The notes: generated by a model not told the origin, from the sequence alone. Counted from the first letter of the stretch, positions 52,227 to 62,352 are shown. The stretch is 64,000 nt of DNA from an uncultured Parachlamydiaceae bacterium (GCA_963752155.1 CAVVXH010000011.1:64001-128000), one strand, 5' to 3'. Numbers and translations are program-made.

Positions 52227-54076
52227 GCCCTATTAAGAAAACCAAACAATAACTCACGTAACACACGATTTTCAGTTAAATCAGAAATACAATTTTTTTT
52301 GCTGTTTGATTTCACAATTGCATTTACATCGGCACCATTTTCCAAAAGAGCCTTTATCAACAAAGGAGAGCGCTCATTTGTAACAAACCAGAACAAAGGA
52401 GTCAATTTTTCAGCAGATCGTACGTTAATATTAAATCCGAATTGCACAAACAAACGAACCATCTCAGGTGTATTTACGTTCTGCCAACACTCAAATTGAA
52501 AAGCATCATCAAAATCACCTACTCGCATTTTACAGTCTTTTAAGACATACTCGATCATTAAATATTGATTACTTTTAAGAAGTTTTAAAAAATGGTTTTT
52601 TTTCTCTTCTTCTGACAAAAAGTGTTGTCCATATTCAACGAAATGTGCATTGGCCAGAGCTTTAAATATAGTGAACCTATTAGAACCAATGAGTTCACCT
52701 TCCTTGTCGCCATTATTTTTACAAATATAATCCCAAAGTGTTTTTCCTGTTTCATCGAGCTTAAATGCTGCTGTAGAAGAGGACGAAAGCAACTCTTTCA
52801 TCAGTTCTGAATCGCTAGCGATATGCTTTGCAATATTAGAAGAAGGAAATGGATTGCTAAATTCCTTTAAGGCGAGTGCATGCATCTCTCGTGTTACTCT
52901 CAAATACTCCCACCAATAATAAATTAAAACTATTGGAATAGCTATTGCAGTAAATGTTAAAGGTAAAATTCCGGACGTTGGTACCATTGACAACGCTTTC
53001 AACATTAACATAGCAGAAAGACTTATCGCAAAGACTCGCTTCATAATAGTATTATTATTGATTTGCAAAATATCTCCGGAGGCTCCAATTTTAATTGCAG
53101 GCTTCCAGAAATGATACGAAGAAGGATCATCATCCTTATACCTAAGCAAGTCTTGTCCTTGAAGCTCTTTAACCTGACCTAAAGCACGTCTAAATGTAGG
53201 TTTATTTCGAAGATAACTGCTCAGAGGCTTCTTAGAAGCGCTACTCTCTTCGATATCTTCAGGCAACTTAGCACCATATTTCAATAAGAAACACACTTCG
53301 CCTAAAGCATTTTTTTCGACAGCTTCATACAAAAGAGTGCGTCCATCTTTATTCTTTACATCAATTTCAAACCCTTTCTGGATAAGTAAAAAGGCAACAT
53401 CTGCATTTCTACACTCATTCACTTCAGACCACAATTTTCGAACCATTTGATCGGTAAAATCATTTCGAACAAGAGCATCGTTCTCTATTGCATGAACAAT
53501 TAATTCGCGGTATTCAAGTTCATTTTCTAATAGTATTGATAAGAGAACGTGGTTTACACCTCCTGTATGAAAAGTACCGGCGTCAATCAATGCTTTTAAT
53601 CCATTTGAAAATTTTTCTTTTTTCTCAAAATCATTACAGATTTTCAGATCTTTTAAAATAGTTTCTGTTAGATTGAGGCCAGTAGAGATATCAGGTTTCT
53701 TTAAAGTTTCAGGGAAATTCATCAACATTTGAATTGTTGTTAAAGACTTTGTTGCATAGTATACGGCATCAGAGGGAACAATATCGGAACTATTAAATAA
53801 TTCAACTGCCAATTGATCCAAAAGCTTAGTTGCTCGCCAATTTTCAAAATTCCAAAGCACAGCTGCAGCAAAGATGAACGAAGGAACCAATAATAACAAG
53901 GATGCTTTCAAGAGAACATAAGCTGCCAGGCCAGCCAATGCAGGGATAGCGATGGAACGGATCAGAAGGGCTTCTTTATCAATTTTAAATCTCGTGAGAT
54001 CTTTTTGTATTATCGCAGTGTCATTTACAGCTGGATGCCAAAAAACTAAAGTTTTTGTTAATAAAGATAGAGTCAT
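52223..54076 (-). CDS. Ankyrin-repeat protein with two hydrophobic hairpins (internally duplicated)
   Basis: Ankyrin motifs DGRTLLYEAV...FLLKYGA and TPLFW...ALLENGADVN; TM pairs near aa 40-75 and aa 348-388. Confidence 0.8.
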   Translation of the reverse strand: MTLSLLTKTLVFWHPAVNDTAIIQKDLTRFKIDKEALLIRSIAIPALAGLAAYVLLKASLLLLVPSFIFAAAVLWNFENWRATKLLDQLAVELFNSSDIVPSDAVYYATKSLTTIQMLMNFPETLKKPDISTGLNLTETILKDLKICNDFEKKEKFSNGLKALIDAGTFHTGGVNHVLLSILLENELEYRELIVHAIENDALVRNDFTDQMVRKLWSEVNECRNADVAFLLIQKGFEIDVKNKDGRTLLYEAVEKNALGEVCFLLKYGAKLPEDIEESSASKKPLSSYLRNKPTFRRALGQVKELQGQDLLRYKDDDPSSYHFWKPAIKIGASGDILQINNNTIMKRVFAISLSAMLMLKALSMVPTSGILPLTFTAIAIPIVLIYYWWEYLRVTREMHALALKEFSNPFPSSNIAKHIASDSELMKELLSSSSTAAFKLDETGKTLWDYICKNNGDKEGELIGSNRFTIFKALANAHFVEYGQHFLSEEEKKNHFLKLLKSNQYLMIEYVLKDCKMRVGDFDDAFQFECWQNVNTPEMVRLFVQFGFNINVRSAEKLTPLFWFVTNERSPLLIKALLENGADVNAIVKSNSKKNCISDLTENRVLRELLFGFLNRA

Positions 54077-54170
54077 TTTACACCTGAATCAGGATGAGGT
54101 AATATATATTACTAATACTAGTAAGAGGTTACCAAAAAATCGATTTATGTTCAATTAAAAAAAGTAGCAA

Positions 54171-54453
54171 GGCATATGAAATCAGAACATGTTAAATCTG
54201 GCGCTATTTCAAGTTGACTTGTTAAAAATTTTTTGAAGTGCGTGTGGCTCTGCCACCGCGCGAGAAGGTCCTTTAAAGATTACCAGCAGCAATACAATTT
54301 CAATTTATGCTGATGTAGAAACCTATTATCTATCCAAATGGACTTTTCGCAATAGACCTCTCGCGCGGTGGCAGAGCCACACGCACTCCAAAAAATTTTT
54401 AACAAGTCAACTTGAAATAGCGCCAGATTTAACATGTTCTGATTTCATATGCC
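54171..54453. repeat. Palindromic element family C (~100-bp arms, 84-bp spacer)
   Basis: 54171-54270 is the near-perfect reverse complement of 54355-54453. Confidence 0.93.
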
Positions 54454-54489
54454 CTGGCTGCAAGGACTGCAAGGACATAATTTTGTCCT

Positions 54490-54795
54490 TTATAACCCCA
54501 CTGGCTGCGGTTCTTCAAACTCTACAATAAATTTTGCTGGCCCCATACGTCCAGTCTCCCTATCCAAATATTTTAAATTAGCTTGAATCTGAAGCTTATT
54601 TCCAATAATCAAATAACCGCGTTCATTCTTTTGAATAGTCAAAATAGGCTCTCCACTTCCAAACTTCTCTGCTAATCGACGATCTCCTAATACCTCCTTG
54701 AGCTCTATCTGGCTTTCATAAAAAGGTGGCAATAACCCAAAAACTTGTTGATTTAACACTAAAAAAAATAAAGAAGAAAAAATCATCTTACGCAT
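54490..54795 (-). CDS. Small exported hypothetical protein
   Basis: Signal peptide followed by LLPPFYES; continues the yajC operon. Confidence 0.7.
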   Translation of the reverse strand: MRKMIFSSLFFLVLNQQVFGLLPPFYESQIELKEVLGDRRLAEKFGSGEPILTIQKNERGYLIIGNKLQIQANLKYLDRETGRMGPAKFIVEFEEPQPVGL

Positions 54796-54802
54796 ATATC
54801 CC

Positions 54803-55648
54803 TCAAATTAAAGCAGAATGATGAAAACTAAAACCGGTCTTTTTTAACTTCTCGCTTGAAACTTTTTTATTGCCCGAATGTCCCTCACTTCGAGTAGGAT
54901 CCCATTGCATAGGAGGAAGATGGAGTCTTGTTGTCAATTGATCGTACAGCTCCTTTCGCTTTGGATGATCTTCGCTGCAAACATTATAAACTCCAGAAAG
55001 ATGACGCTTTAACACCCAATCAATCGCGTGCACAGCATCTTCTTGATGAATCCAATTGGAATATTCTTCTCCATTACCTGAAAGCGGTTTACCAGACATC
55101 TGAAGGCATCGCTTTTCATGTTCCCTATTAGGACCATAGATCCCCCCTAAACGCAACACTGCCACCTGGATAGGATTCGGTGAGGAAACATTTAGATAGA
55201 GAGCTTCTGTCTCGCAAAGAACCTCTTGTTTTACTCCAATTGGCTTCAAAGAGGTTTCTTCTGTTACCCATTGACCAAAATGCTCTCCGTAAACAGAAAT
55301 CGAGCTCGTATAAACAATCTGTTCGACAGAAGTACCTTCTTTTAAAACATCACACAAAGTTTTTGCAGTATCAAGATAAACATTTGCAAAACCATCCGCT
55401 GTCTTAGGTGCCACACAGATCACGATCTGCTTCACTCCTGAAAGCAATTTACGAAGAGCTGTACGGTCATCGCCTTGCATCACAACAACTTGGCCTGCAA
55501 GCGGTTCTAGCTCTTCTAATCGCATTGCACGCGTTGTGGTGCCTACTAGATTCTTCTTGTTATGGTGCCAGTACTCGAGCAGAGCTTTACCAATATATCC
55601 ACAACCTAAAATGACTCGTTTATTTGAGGCACCGGAATCGATTTTCAT
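54803..55648 (-). CDS. NAD-dependent epimerase/dehydratase (atypical SDR, YeeZ-like)
   Basis: GCGYIG, YTSSISVYG, LRLGGIYGP, NWIHQED. Confidence 0.88.
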   Translation of the reverse strand: MKIDSGASNKRVILGCGYIGKALLEYWHHNKKNLVGTTTRAMRLEELEPLAGQVVVMQGDDRTALRKLLSGVKQIVICVAPKTADGFANVYLDTAKTLCDVLKEGTSVEQIVYTSSISVYGEHFGQWVTEETSLKPIGVKQEVLCETEALYLNVSSPNPIQVAVLRLGGIYGPNREHEKRCLQMSGKPLSGNGEEYSNWIHQEDAVHAIDWVLKRHLSGVYNVCSEDHPKRKELYDQLTTRLHLPPMQWDPTRSEGHSGNKKVSSEKLKKTGFSFHHSALI

Positions 55649-55656
55649 GTCGAATT

Positions 55657-56046
55657 CTATTCGTCTTTGTCAATTTTTTTCACATCTTCTTCAGAGCCTT
55701 CAATAACATCTGTGACGGCTCCTTTCAAAACTTCAATTTTAGAACCATCATACATTTTTAAGATAAATGTATTGTCTTGAACACGAACGACGGTGCCGAT
55801 AATTCCCATCGCCGTCACTCTGTCTCCTTTCTTAATAAGCTGTCGTTTAGCTTCAGCTTCTTTTCGGCGGTTTTGCTCCGGACGAAAAAGCATAAAATAA
55901 AAAAAAATTGCAAAAATACCGAGCATTGCGGCGGTCTGCCAAATCCCTCCATCACGAACAGGAGGTTCATCTTCTTGCCCAAATAAAGGCAATTGTACTA
56001 AGGATAAGACACTTGAAGAATAAATTAATTTTTTCATATCATTCAC
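55657..56046 (-). CDS. yajC: Preprotein translocase subunit YajC
   Basis: FYFMLFRPEQ...IKKGDRVTAMGIIGTV. Confidence 0.93.
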   Translation of the reverse strand: MNDMKKLIYSSSVLSLVQLPLFGQEDEPPVRDGGIWQTAAMLGIFAIFFYFMLFRPEQNRRKEAEAKRQLIKKGDRVTAMGIIGTVVRVQDNTFILKMYDGSKIEVLKGAVTDVIEGSEEDVKKIDKDE

Positions 56047-56094
56047 TAGGGTTAAAAAATACGACGCTTCTTGTAATGTATCCTCAATTAATTT

Positions 56095-57549
56095 TTAGAT
56101 CAATGGTTTTCTTCGCAAAATAGCTATGTTTTCAATATGCACGGTCTGGGGAAATTGATCCACAGGTTGTAAGGTCTCCAATATGTAACCACCTTGAATA
56201 AGCTCTGCAACATTACCGGCCTGCGTCACGGGGTTGCAGGATACATAAACTATGCTTTGTGGATTTAATGCCAACAGCAATTCAATCGATTTGGGATCAA
56301 GACCTGCCCTAGGTGGATCCACTATCACCGCATCCGGCGGAGGAATCTCTTTTTCAGTATAAATTTTATTGAGTACATCTCCCACCGCACCTGCTATCAC
56401 CCGCATATTTTTAATATGATTCAAGGAGAGATTGGTTTTAGCATCAAGAGCTGCCTCCGGAGAAAGCTCCACACCAATAACCTCCTTCACTTGCCCTGCA
56501 ATGGAAATTCCAAGAGTACCCGTTCCACAATAGAGATCATAGACAACAGCATCTTCCGGTATTTTTGCCAACTGTAAAACCAAAGAATAGAGCTTCTCAG
56601 CTTGCCGAGTATTCGGTTGAAAAAATGCTGTCGGACTAATAGCAAAAGTTAGATCCTCCGGTTTGCTGTCGGGGCTCCTCAAGATGTGTAGCTTTTCCTG
56701 GATTGATTCTGGCCCTCCCAGTTGCATTTCATAAAATTCTGTCGGTTTTCCTTTCAAAATTTGTTGAATTCTTAAAAAGAGACTCAACTTTTCACTTCCC
56801 CCTTCAGGCTCAATACTTGAACGCAATGCCTCAATAAAGCTCTTTAATTGATGCTGTTGCAAAGCATATTCAGGATTTCCGGAAACTGTCAACATCACCA
56901 TCCTTTCCCCTGTACGCAATCCTTCTCGAAGAATTAAGGTGCGCAGCGATCCCTGATTCCTTCCTGGATGATAAGCTAAAAGATCTGACCCTATCCACCA
57001 TTTTCTAACAGCTACCAAAGCATCGATAAACCATTGGTGCACTAAATGACACTCTGTGAGGTTAATGACTTTCCCTTTAGACGAATCTAAGATGAGCCCT
57101 AAAAACTTTTCTCCTGCACGATTCGATGAAAAGGAAAATTCCATTTTATTACGATATTCCCAAGGATCATCGCAAGGACAAATGGGATGAACCTTGACCG
57201 TGCTGTTCCTTAAACCAGAGAAGCACTCGGCAACAAAATCCTGTTTGATTTTTAATTGGTCAGCATAGGACGTATGCTGCCATCTACATCCCCCACAGCT
57301 TGCAAAATGGATACATTTAGGAGCTATGCGCTCGGAAGAAGACTCTATTATCTCTTCCAGATGGCACATGTAGACTCCACTACGCTTTTTTAAAAGCATC
57401 GCACGAACGGTATCACCTGGTCGAGAAAAAGGGATTTCAAGAGTCCATTGCATCCCTGCAGGATGATCATAAAAGGCTAGCCCATTTCCACGTTCAGAGA
57501 AGGCGTGGATTTTGACGTCGACAATACGCTTTTTTTTTTCTTTTTTCAT
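56095..57549 (-). CDS. rlmD: 23S rRNA m5U1939 methyltransferase RlmD
   Basis: CIHFASCGGC, YRNKMEF, AFFQPN, DLYCGTG, DPPRAG, YVSCNP, DQFPQTVHIE. Confidence 0.95.
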   Translation of the reverse strand: MKKEKKKRIVDVKIHAFSERGNGLAFYDHPAGMQWTLEIPFSRPGDTVRAMLLKKRSGVYMCHLEEIIESSSERIAPKCIHFASCGGCRWQHTSYADQLKIKQDFVAECFSGLRNSTVKVHPICPCDDPWEYRNKMEFSFSSNRAGEKFLGLILDSSKGKVINLTECHLVHQWFIDALVAVRKWWIGSDLLAYHPGRNQGSLRTLILREGLRTGERMVMLTVSGNPEYALQQHQLKSFIEALRSSIEPEGGSEKLSLFLRIQQILKGKPTEFYEMQLGGPESIQEKLHILRSPDSKPEDLTFAISPTAFFQPNTRQAEKLYSLVLQLAKIPEDAVVYDLYCGTGTLGISIAGQVKEVIGVELSPEAALDAKTNLSLNHIKNMRVIAGAVGDVLNKIYTEKEIPPPDAVIVDPPRAGLDPKSIELLLALNPQSIVYVSCNPVTQAGNVAELIQGGYILETLQPVDQFPQTVHIENIAILRRKPLI

Positions 57550-57620
57550 GAGTATTAAGTAAAAATGAAAAGACCATACCAGGGACAACGACATCCAAGG
57601 TATGGCATCTATCGGATGAA

Positions 57621-58067
57621 TTAGTGATGACGAACAGGAAGTTTAGCAGTTGGCTTTTTGACTCCGTATGCTTTTGACTTAACAGCAGCTTTTTGTGTCT
57701 TAACAGCAGGCTTTGCAGTAGGAGTTTTAGCTTTAACGCCTTTTGCTGGAGCTTTTGCGGCATGTGCTGGTTTAGCTGCAGGTTTTGCGTGTGAAACGAC
57801 TTTGCCTTTAGGAGCAGCAGTTTTACGGCTCTTTTTTGATTTAGCATGGAGAGCTTTTTCATGAAGAATTGATTCTTTACGGTAAGCTTTAGCCACTTTT
57901 TCTAGTTTCACAGTGCCAGTCCTGACTCTTTGTGAAGCAGCCTTGTTTCCTTTGTTTGACTTTTCTAGGTCTGTTGTGATCTCAGAAAGTAGATTTGTCA
58001 TATATTCTACAATTTTATCCAAGCCACCAAGTTCGTTGTGATGATGTTTTTTGAGCGACATATACAT
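57621..58067 (-). CDS. hctA: Histone H1-like nucleoprotein Hc1
   Basis: DLEKSNKGNKAASQRVRTGTVKLEKVAKAYRKESI plus a Lys/Ala-rich tail; adjacent to rlmD-yajC. Confidence 0.93.
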   Translation of the reverse strand: MYMSLKKHHHNELGGLDKIVEYMTNLLSEITTDLEKSNKGNKAASQRVRTGTVKLEKVAKAYRKESILHEKALHAKSKKSRKTAAPKGKVVSHAKPAAKPAHAAKAPAKGVKAKTPTAKPAVKTQKAAVKSKAYGVKKPTAKLPVRHH

Positions 58068-58242
58068 AGCCTCCTATATATTTAGACTGTTACTCTATAA
58101 ATACCCTCTTTAAGTATATTCTGCAATCACTATTCTTCTTTTTTTTAAAAAAAACAAAAAAGGCCATTTGTATCAGCAAACGACCTTTTTCAAATATGCA
58201 TCTAAAATCACTTCTAGAGCCCATTTTCTAAGAATACAGATA

Positions 58243-58782
58243 TTATTCAGAAGCCGTTTGGATAAGTTGCTCAATCCGACTTTTTAGTGAAACGAGCTCT
58301 TTTTTAGCCCCTTTTAGAACTTCACGGGACTTCTCCACTTTCTCCATTTCTTGTAAGCGGGAAGAAAAATGGTGAAGCAATTGAATAGTACTTTCGGCAT
58401 TCGTAATAAAATCAAACTCTTCTCCATCGACCCTGCGGATTCGATTTCCAAAAAGAGGCATTTCAGGATGATTGATAATGTCAGAAGTTACAATACTTAG
58501 AAATTCCCCTCTTTCAGAAACCTCTCTGGCAACTCCAATCTGTAAAGAAAAACGATCGATCAGCTTTTGAGTATTCGGATCTAACGTAGATTTAGCCCCG
58601 CTTGGATTTTCTTGAGCCCCTTTGAGAAGAGCCTCAAGCAAACGCGTTGCAGCCTCTCGATTTCCTTCAAGACAAAACAAGATAGCATTTTGCATTTGTC
58701 TAAATGAACTTTTAGAAAGAGGCAACGTTAAAATGCGCTGAAATGCCATACTTAGCTGTTGCAGTTTTTTTTCATCTATCAT
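58243..58782 (-). CDS. Conserved chlamydial hypothetical protein (possibly DUF5414)
   Basis: Intact 179-aa ORF with RRVDGEEFDFITNAES; the family name is from memory only. Confidence 0.6.
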   Translation of the reverse strand: MIDEKKLQQLSMAFQRILTLPLSKSSFRQMQNAILFCLEGNREAATRLLEALLKGAQENPSGAKSTLDPNTQKLIDRFSLQIGVAREVSERGEFLSIVTSDIINHPEMPLFGNRIRRVDGEEFDFITNAESTIQLLHHFSSRLQEMEKVEKSREVLKGAKKELVSLKSRIEQLIQTASE

Positions 58783-58839
58783 ACTAACCCTCTTTAAGGT
58801 AAAATGTTATAATCTGTCCATATTCATAGATAGGATCAA

Positions 58840-61260
58840 ATGAAGACTAACAGATTTTTTCTTTTTAGCATAGTACTACACATTATTGTAGGACTCTTGC
58901 AAGGTGACTTAATTCAACCTTTAGATACAGCTGAAAATCTTTTTAAGGCAACCTTATTCAACAAAGCAATTCCTGTCTATACCGAGATCTTAAAGGCCAC
59001 TGAAGAAAATCAAGCTCAGCAAGAATTCATCAAATACAGGCTAGGGCAATCCCATTACTATCTCAATGAGTTCGAAGAAGCTCACGCCTATTTTAACTCG
59101 ATCAATTATACTCTTTTGAAGAGCTCTCTAGAAGAACCGAATCTTCTTGCTGACCACCTGCCAGCCATTACCTGCCGCCAACTAAAAAAATATCAAAAAG
59201 CCATTGAAATTCTATCTGAACAAGAACCCCTTACTCACCAAGCGCATTTTGAGCTTGCACTCAATTACTTCTTATCAGAAAACCACTTTTCTGCCAAAAA
59301 TGCTCTCAAAGAATTAGAAAAAAAATGCAAAAATGAACCTCTTCATACTTTAGTGCAATTTTACCTAAGCCGCATCAGCATTATCCATGGTTGTTATTCT
59401 GAAGCTTCAGAACATCTTAATAACCTTAAAATTCCCACTAATGATCCTTTGCTACTCGAATTGGCCTATTTGCATGGAGAAATTGCCTTCCACACACATT
59501 GTTATGAATCAGCCATTCAACACTTTACTCAAGCACTTCCAAAACGTAACTTTGAACACGCTGCATGGACGTGTGATACTCTCTACTATCTTGGATGGAG
59601 CCATCTAAAAATAGCCGATGATCAATCTCAATCCTTAAACCTAGAAACGGCAGTTCAAGATGATAAAGTGATGCAAGATTTTGAGTTAGAATTGCTTCTG
59701 ATGGGGGGTGATCATTCCCAAAAGGTGAAGGCGCCCCCCTTCAGAAGCGATTATGGTTCAAAAGATTGCGTCAATTTATCGTCTTCAACTGCCATTTCTA
59801 GGTTAAATGACCAAAAGTTCCATTTTGACAAAGCAGTTGAAGCGTTTTCTCAACTTCGGCAAATCAAGCCCACAGAAAAAACTCATTTGGCTTTGGCCCA
59901 ATGCTATTTAGCCAAAGGGGTACGCTTTAATGAAAAACAGATGTTCTCCCTTGCTGAAGAGATCCTTTCCGATTCCCAGAATTTTACGACTCCAGAAGCC
60001 CAATCTCACGCACTTCTCTTGATTACAGAGATGTTGGTTGGCGACGCTCGGCTAAACCTCGAAGCGACCTATCACTTTAAAAAGAATAACTTTAAGAGAG
60101 CTGAAGAATTCTTCAACTGTCTTGTTGCCGAGTATCCACACTCTCAATGGTTGGACGAAGCTCTCTATTGGAGTGCCATTTGTGCAGAAAAGCTTAAAAG
60201 AGAGGATAGGGTTATCAAAGAGACTCGCAAAAAGCTGTTTGAAGAGTATTCAACGTCTCCACTTGCAGCTTCAGCCTACTTCCAATACTACAGCTACCGC
60301 GAGTACCTACAGAGCGATCGAAATGCTATCAAGCACTTAAAAGCTTTCAATACAAAATTTCCAGACTCCCCTTTACTCATCAATGCCCACCATTTGATCG
60401 GTCTAGATTACAAAAGAGATCGGAAAAGTTCTAATGAAAAGTTCTTAAGCAAAAAAAATCTAACAAAAGCGATTGCTACATTTTCCAAAACTGAGCAACT
60501 TTTTGACACATTCTACGATCGAAATCTTATTCCTCAGGATCAACTGGAACATTATATAACTATACGTTACAGGGCCATGCTGGAACGTGCGATGGCCAAT
60601 CAAGCTATAGCAGAGAGTTCTCAGGGTGCTAAACGTGAAATCTACTTTCAATACGCTCAGAAACTGTTCATACAAATCAATCAAGAATTTTCAAAGGGCT
60701 CCTCTCTTGCTATCTACCTAACTCACGCGCAGCCTTTTCCAAAAATCCAAGAAGAATGCCTCTACCGCCTTATCCAAAGCTATATTAAAGTGCAAAACGA
60801 TGCAGATGCTGAACGGTATATCGACTTCATGATTGCTAAATACACTGAACTGAATATTTCCAAAAGTTATTATCTTTCCCGCATTTACTATGAAAAGGGG
60901 ATGATCGCAATGGAGCAATCTCAGTATAATCGAGCATGGTCATCATTTATGTTAGCAGAAAAACATGGCGGAGAAAATCTACTGAGCACAGACCAAAAAC
61001 TAGATCTATGGATTCAAGAGAGTGAATGTTGCAAAGCCCAAAACCTTACAGATAAGGCCATGATGATTTTATCAAAAGTCATCAACGATAATACTATTTC
61101 CAGCCTACGTGTCAAAGCGATGTACCTGCGCGCATCCATCTATGCTATGCAAGGGCGACACGACCTCGCTCGCAAGCAGTTAGCTGCCACAGCAACAAAG
61201 GGAGGCGAATGGGCTCTCAAAGCAAAACTAAAATTAGAAGAGGATTATGGATTACAGTAA
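58840..61260 (+). CDS. Exported TPR-repeat protein, first gene of the tol/exb-like operon; carries a 56-aa palindromic insert
   Basis: Signal peptide; TPR-like helices (YRLGQSHYY, LYYLGWSH, YPHSQWLDEALYW). Confidence 0.85.
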   Translation: MKTNRFFLFSIVLHIIVGLLQGDLIQPLDTAENLFKATLFNKAIPVYTEILKATEENQAQQEFIKYRLGQSHYYLNEFEEAHAYFNSINYTLLKSSLEEPNLLADHLPAITCRQLKKYQKAIEILSEQEPLTHQAHFELALNYFLSENHFSAKNALKELEKKCKNEPLHTLVQFYLSRISIIHGCYSEASEHLNNLKIPTNDPLLLELAYLHGEIAFHTHCYESAIQHFTQALPKRNFEHAAWTCDTLYYLGWSHLKIADDQSQSLNLETAVQDDKVMQDFELELLLMGGDHSQKVKAPPFRSDYGSKDCVNLSSSTAISRLNDQKFHFDKAVEAFSQLRQIKPTEKTHLALAQCYLAKGVRFNEKQMFSLAEEILSDSQNFTTPEAQSHALLLITEMLVGDARLNLEATYHFKKNNFKRAEEFFNCLVAEYPHSQWLDEALYWSAICAEKLKREDRVIKETRKKLFEEYSTSPLAASAYFQYYSYREYLQSDRNAIKHLKAFNTKFPDSPLLINAHHLIGLDYKRDRKSSNEKFLSKKNLTKAIATFSKTEQLFDTFYDRNLIPQDQLEHYITIRYRAMLERAMANQAIAESSQGAKREIYFQYAQKLFIQINQEFSKGSSLAIYLTHAQPFPKIQEECLYRLIQSYIKVQNDADAERYIDFMIAKYTELNISKSYYLSRIYYEKGMIAMEQSQYNRAWSSFMLAEKHGGENLLSTDQKLDLWIQESECCKAQNLTDKAMMILSKVINDNTISSLRVKAMYLRASIYAMQGRHDLARKQLAATATKGGEWALKAKLKLEEDYGLQ
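59635..59806. mobile_element. In-frame palindromic element (family E), TTAA-bounded, 168 bp
   Basis: Arms AACCTAGAAACGGCAGTTCAAGATGATAAA... and ...TTTATCGTCTTCAACTGCCATTTCTAGGTT; TTAA at 59635 and 59803. Confidence 0.85.
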
Positions 61261-61906
61261 CTTTTTTTTAAGCACACTCTTTGAGTATGGTGCCAAATGG
61301 AATATTATTCTCATTCTCATTGGATTTTGTTCCATCTTAAGCTTTACCATTTTTTTAGAACGGCTCATCCACTTGCGTCGTGCAGAGATCGACACAAATG
61401 CGTTTATCATGAATCTACGTACACCGATCAAGGAGGGTCACATCGTCGCAGCAATTCAGCTTTGTGAACAAAATGAAGGCACTATTGCAAATATCGTGAA
61501 AGCGGGCCTCTTAAGACATAACCGCGGCAAAGAACAGATTGAAAATGCGATGGAAATTTCCGGCCTGATTGAAATCTCACATCTTGAAAAAAACGCCAAG
61601 ATTCTTTCGATTATCGCACATATTGCCCCCCTCATCGGCCTCCTAGGGACTGTTCTCGGTTTCATCCAAGCATTTTCAGAAATGCGCACAACAGGACTTG
61701 TAGATATCTCTGCTACGCGCATTGGAGAGGCCATGGAATATGCTCTTATCACCACAGCAGCCGGCCTAGTCGTAGCTATTCCTTCTGTGATTGGATACAA
61801 CTACATTGTCAGTAGAGTTGAAGGATTTGTATTAGAAATGCAAACGACCTCGCAAGAAATCATTGAACTACTCATTTATACCGATGAAGAGCAATACAGG
61901 ATGTAG
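61247..61906 (+). CDS. MotA/TolQ/ExbB proton channel family protein
   Basis: IAPLIGLLGTVLG...ALITTAAGLVVAIP. Confidence 0.93.
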   Translation: MDYSNFFLSTLFEYGAKWNIILILIGFCSILSFTIFLERLIHLRRAEIDTNAFIMNLRTPIKEGHIVAAIQLCEQNEGTIANIVKAGLLRHNRGKEQIENAMEISGLIEISHLEKNAKILSIIAHIAPLIGLLGTVLGFIQAFSEMRTTGLVDISATRIGEAMEYALITTAAGLVVAIPSVIGYNYIVSRVEGFVLEMQTTSQEIIELLIYTDEEQYRM

Positions 61907-61907
61907 C

Positions 61908-62351
61908 ATGCGTTTTAAAACGAACCTTAAAATGACTCCCAATTTAATTGATTTAACTCCTTTAGTCGATGTGATTTTCTTAATGCTCGTTTTCTTTATA
62001 GTGACTTCAGACATTTTACCTCTAAAATCACTCAATATTGAAAATCCCGTTCTAGAAGCTGATTCTACGCCTTTAACAACACAACTTCTAGTCGTTATGG
62101 ATGCACAAAATGTCATCTATGTGGGCTCTAAAAAAGAAATTTCAGATTTTGGATCTTTAAAATCACACTTGAAGGATAAAATTGCCAAGTTGCAAACAAA
62201 ACATCCAACCACGATTCCCACAGTAGTTCTTAGCGTCGATCGTAAAGTTGAATATGGTTTATTTTTGCAACTTTTTGCCATTGTCCAGGAATCCGCTCCA
62301 AGGTTAAGGCTTGTCTATCGTCCATCTGAGAATCAATCTTCCGAGTTGTAA
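61908..62351 (+). CDS. ExbD/TolR family protein
   Basis: IDLTPLVDVIFLMLVFF; D..V.YG. Confidence 0.93.
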   Translation: MRFKTNLKMTPNLIDLTPLVDVIFLMLVFFIVTSDILPLKSLNIENPVLEADSTPLTTQLLVVMDAQNVIYVGSKKEISDFGSLKSHLKDKIAKLQTKHPTTIPTVVLSVDRKVEYGLFLQLFAIVQESAPRLRLVYRPSENQSSEL

Positions 62352-62352
62352 A

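Noticed and set aside
60053..60066. Second LNLE / TAAACCT motif in the TPR gene as another element
   Set aside because: The match is too short and has no inverted partner.
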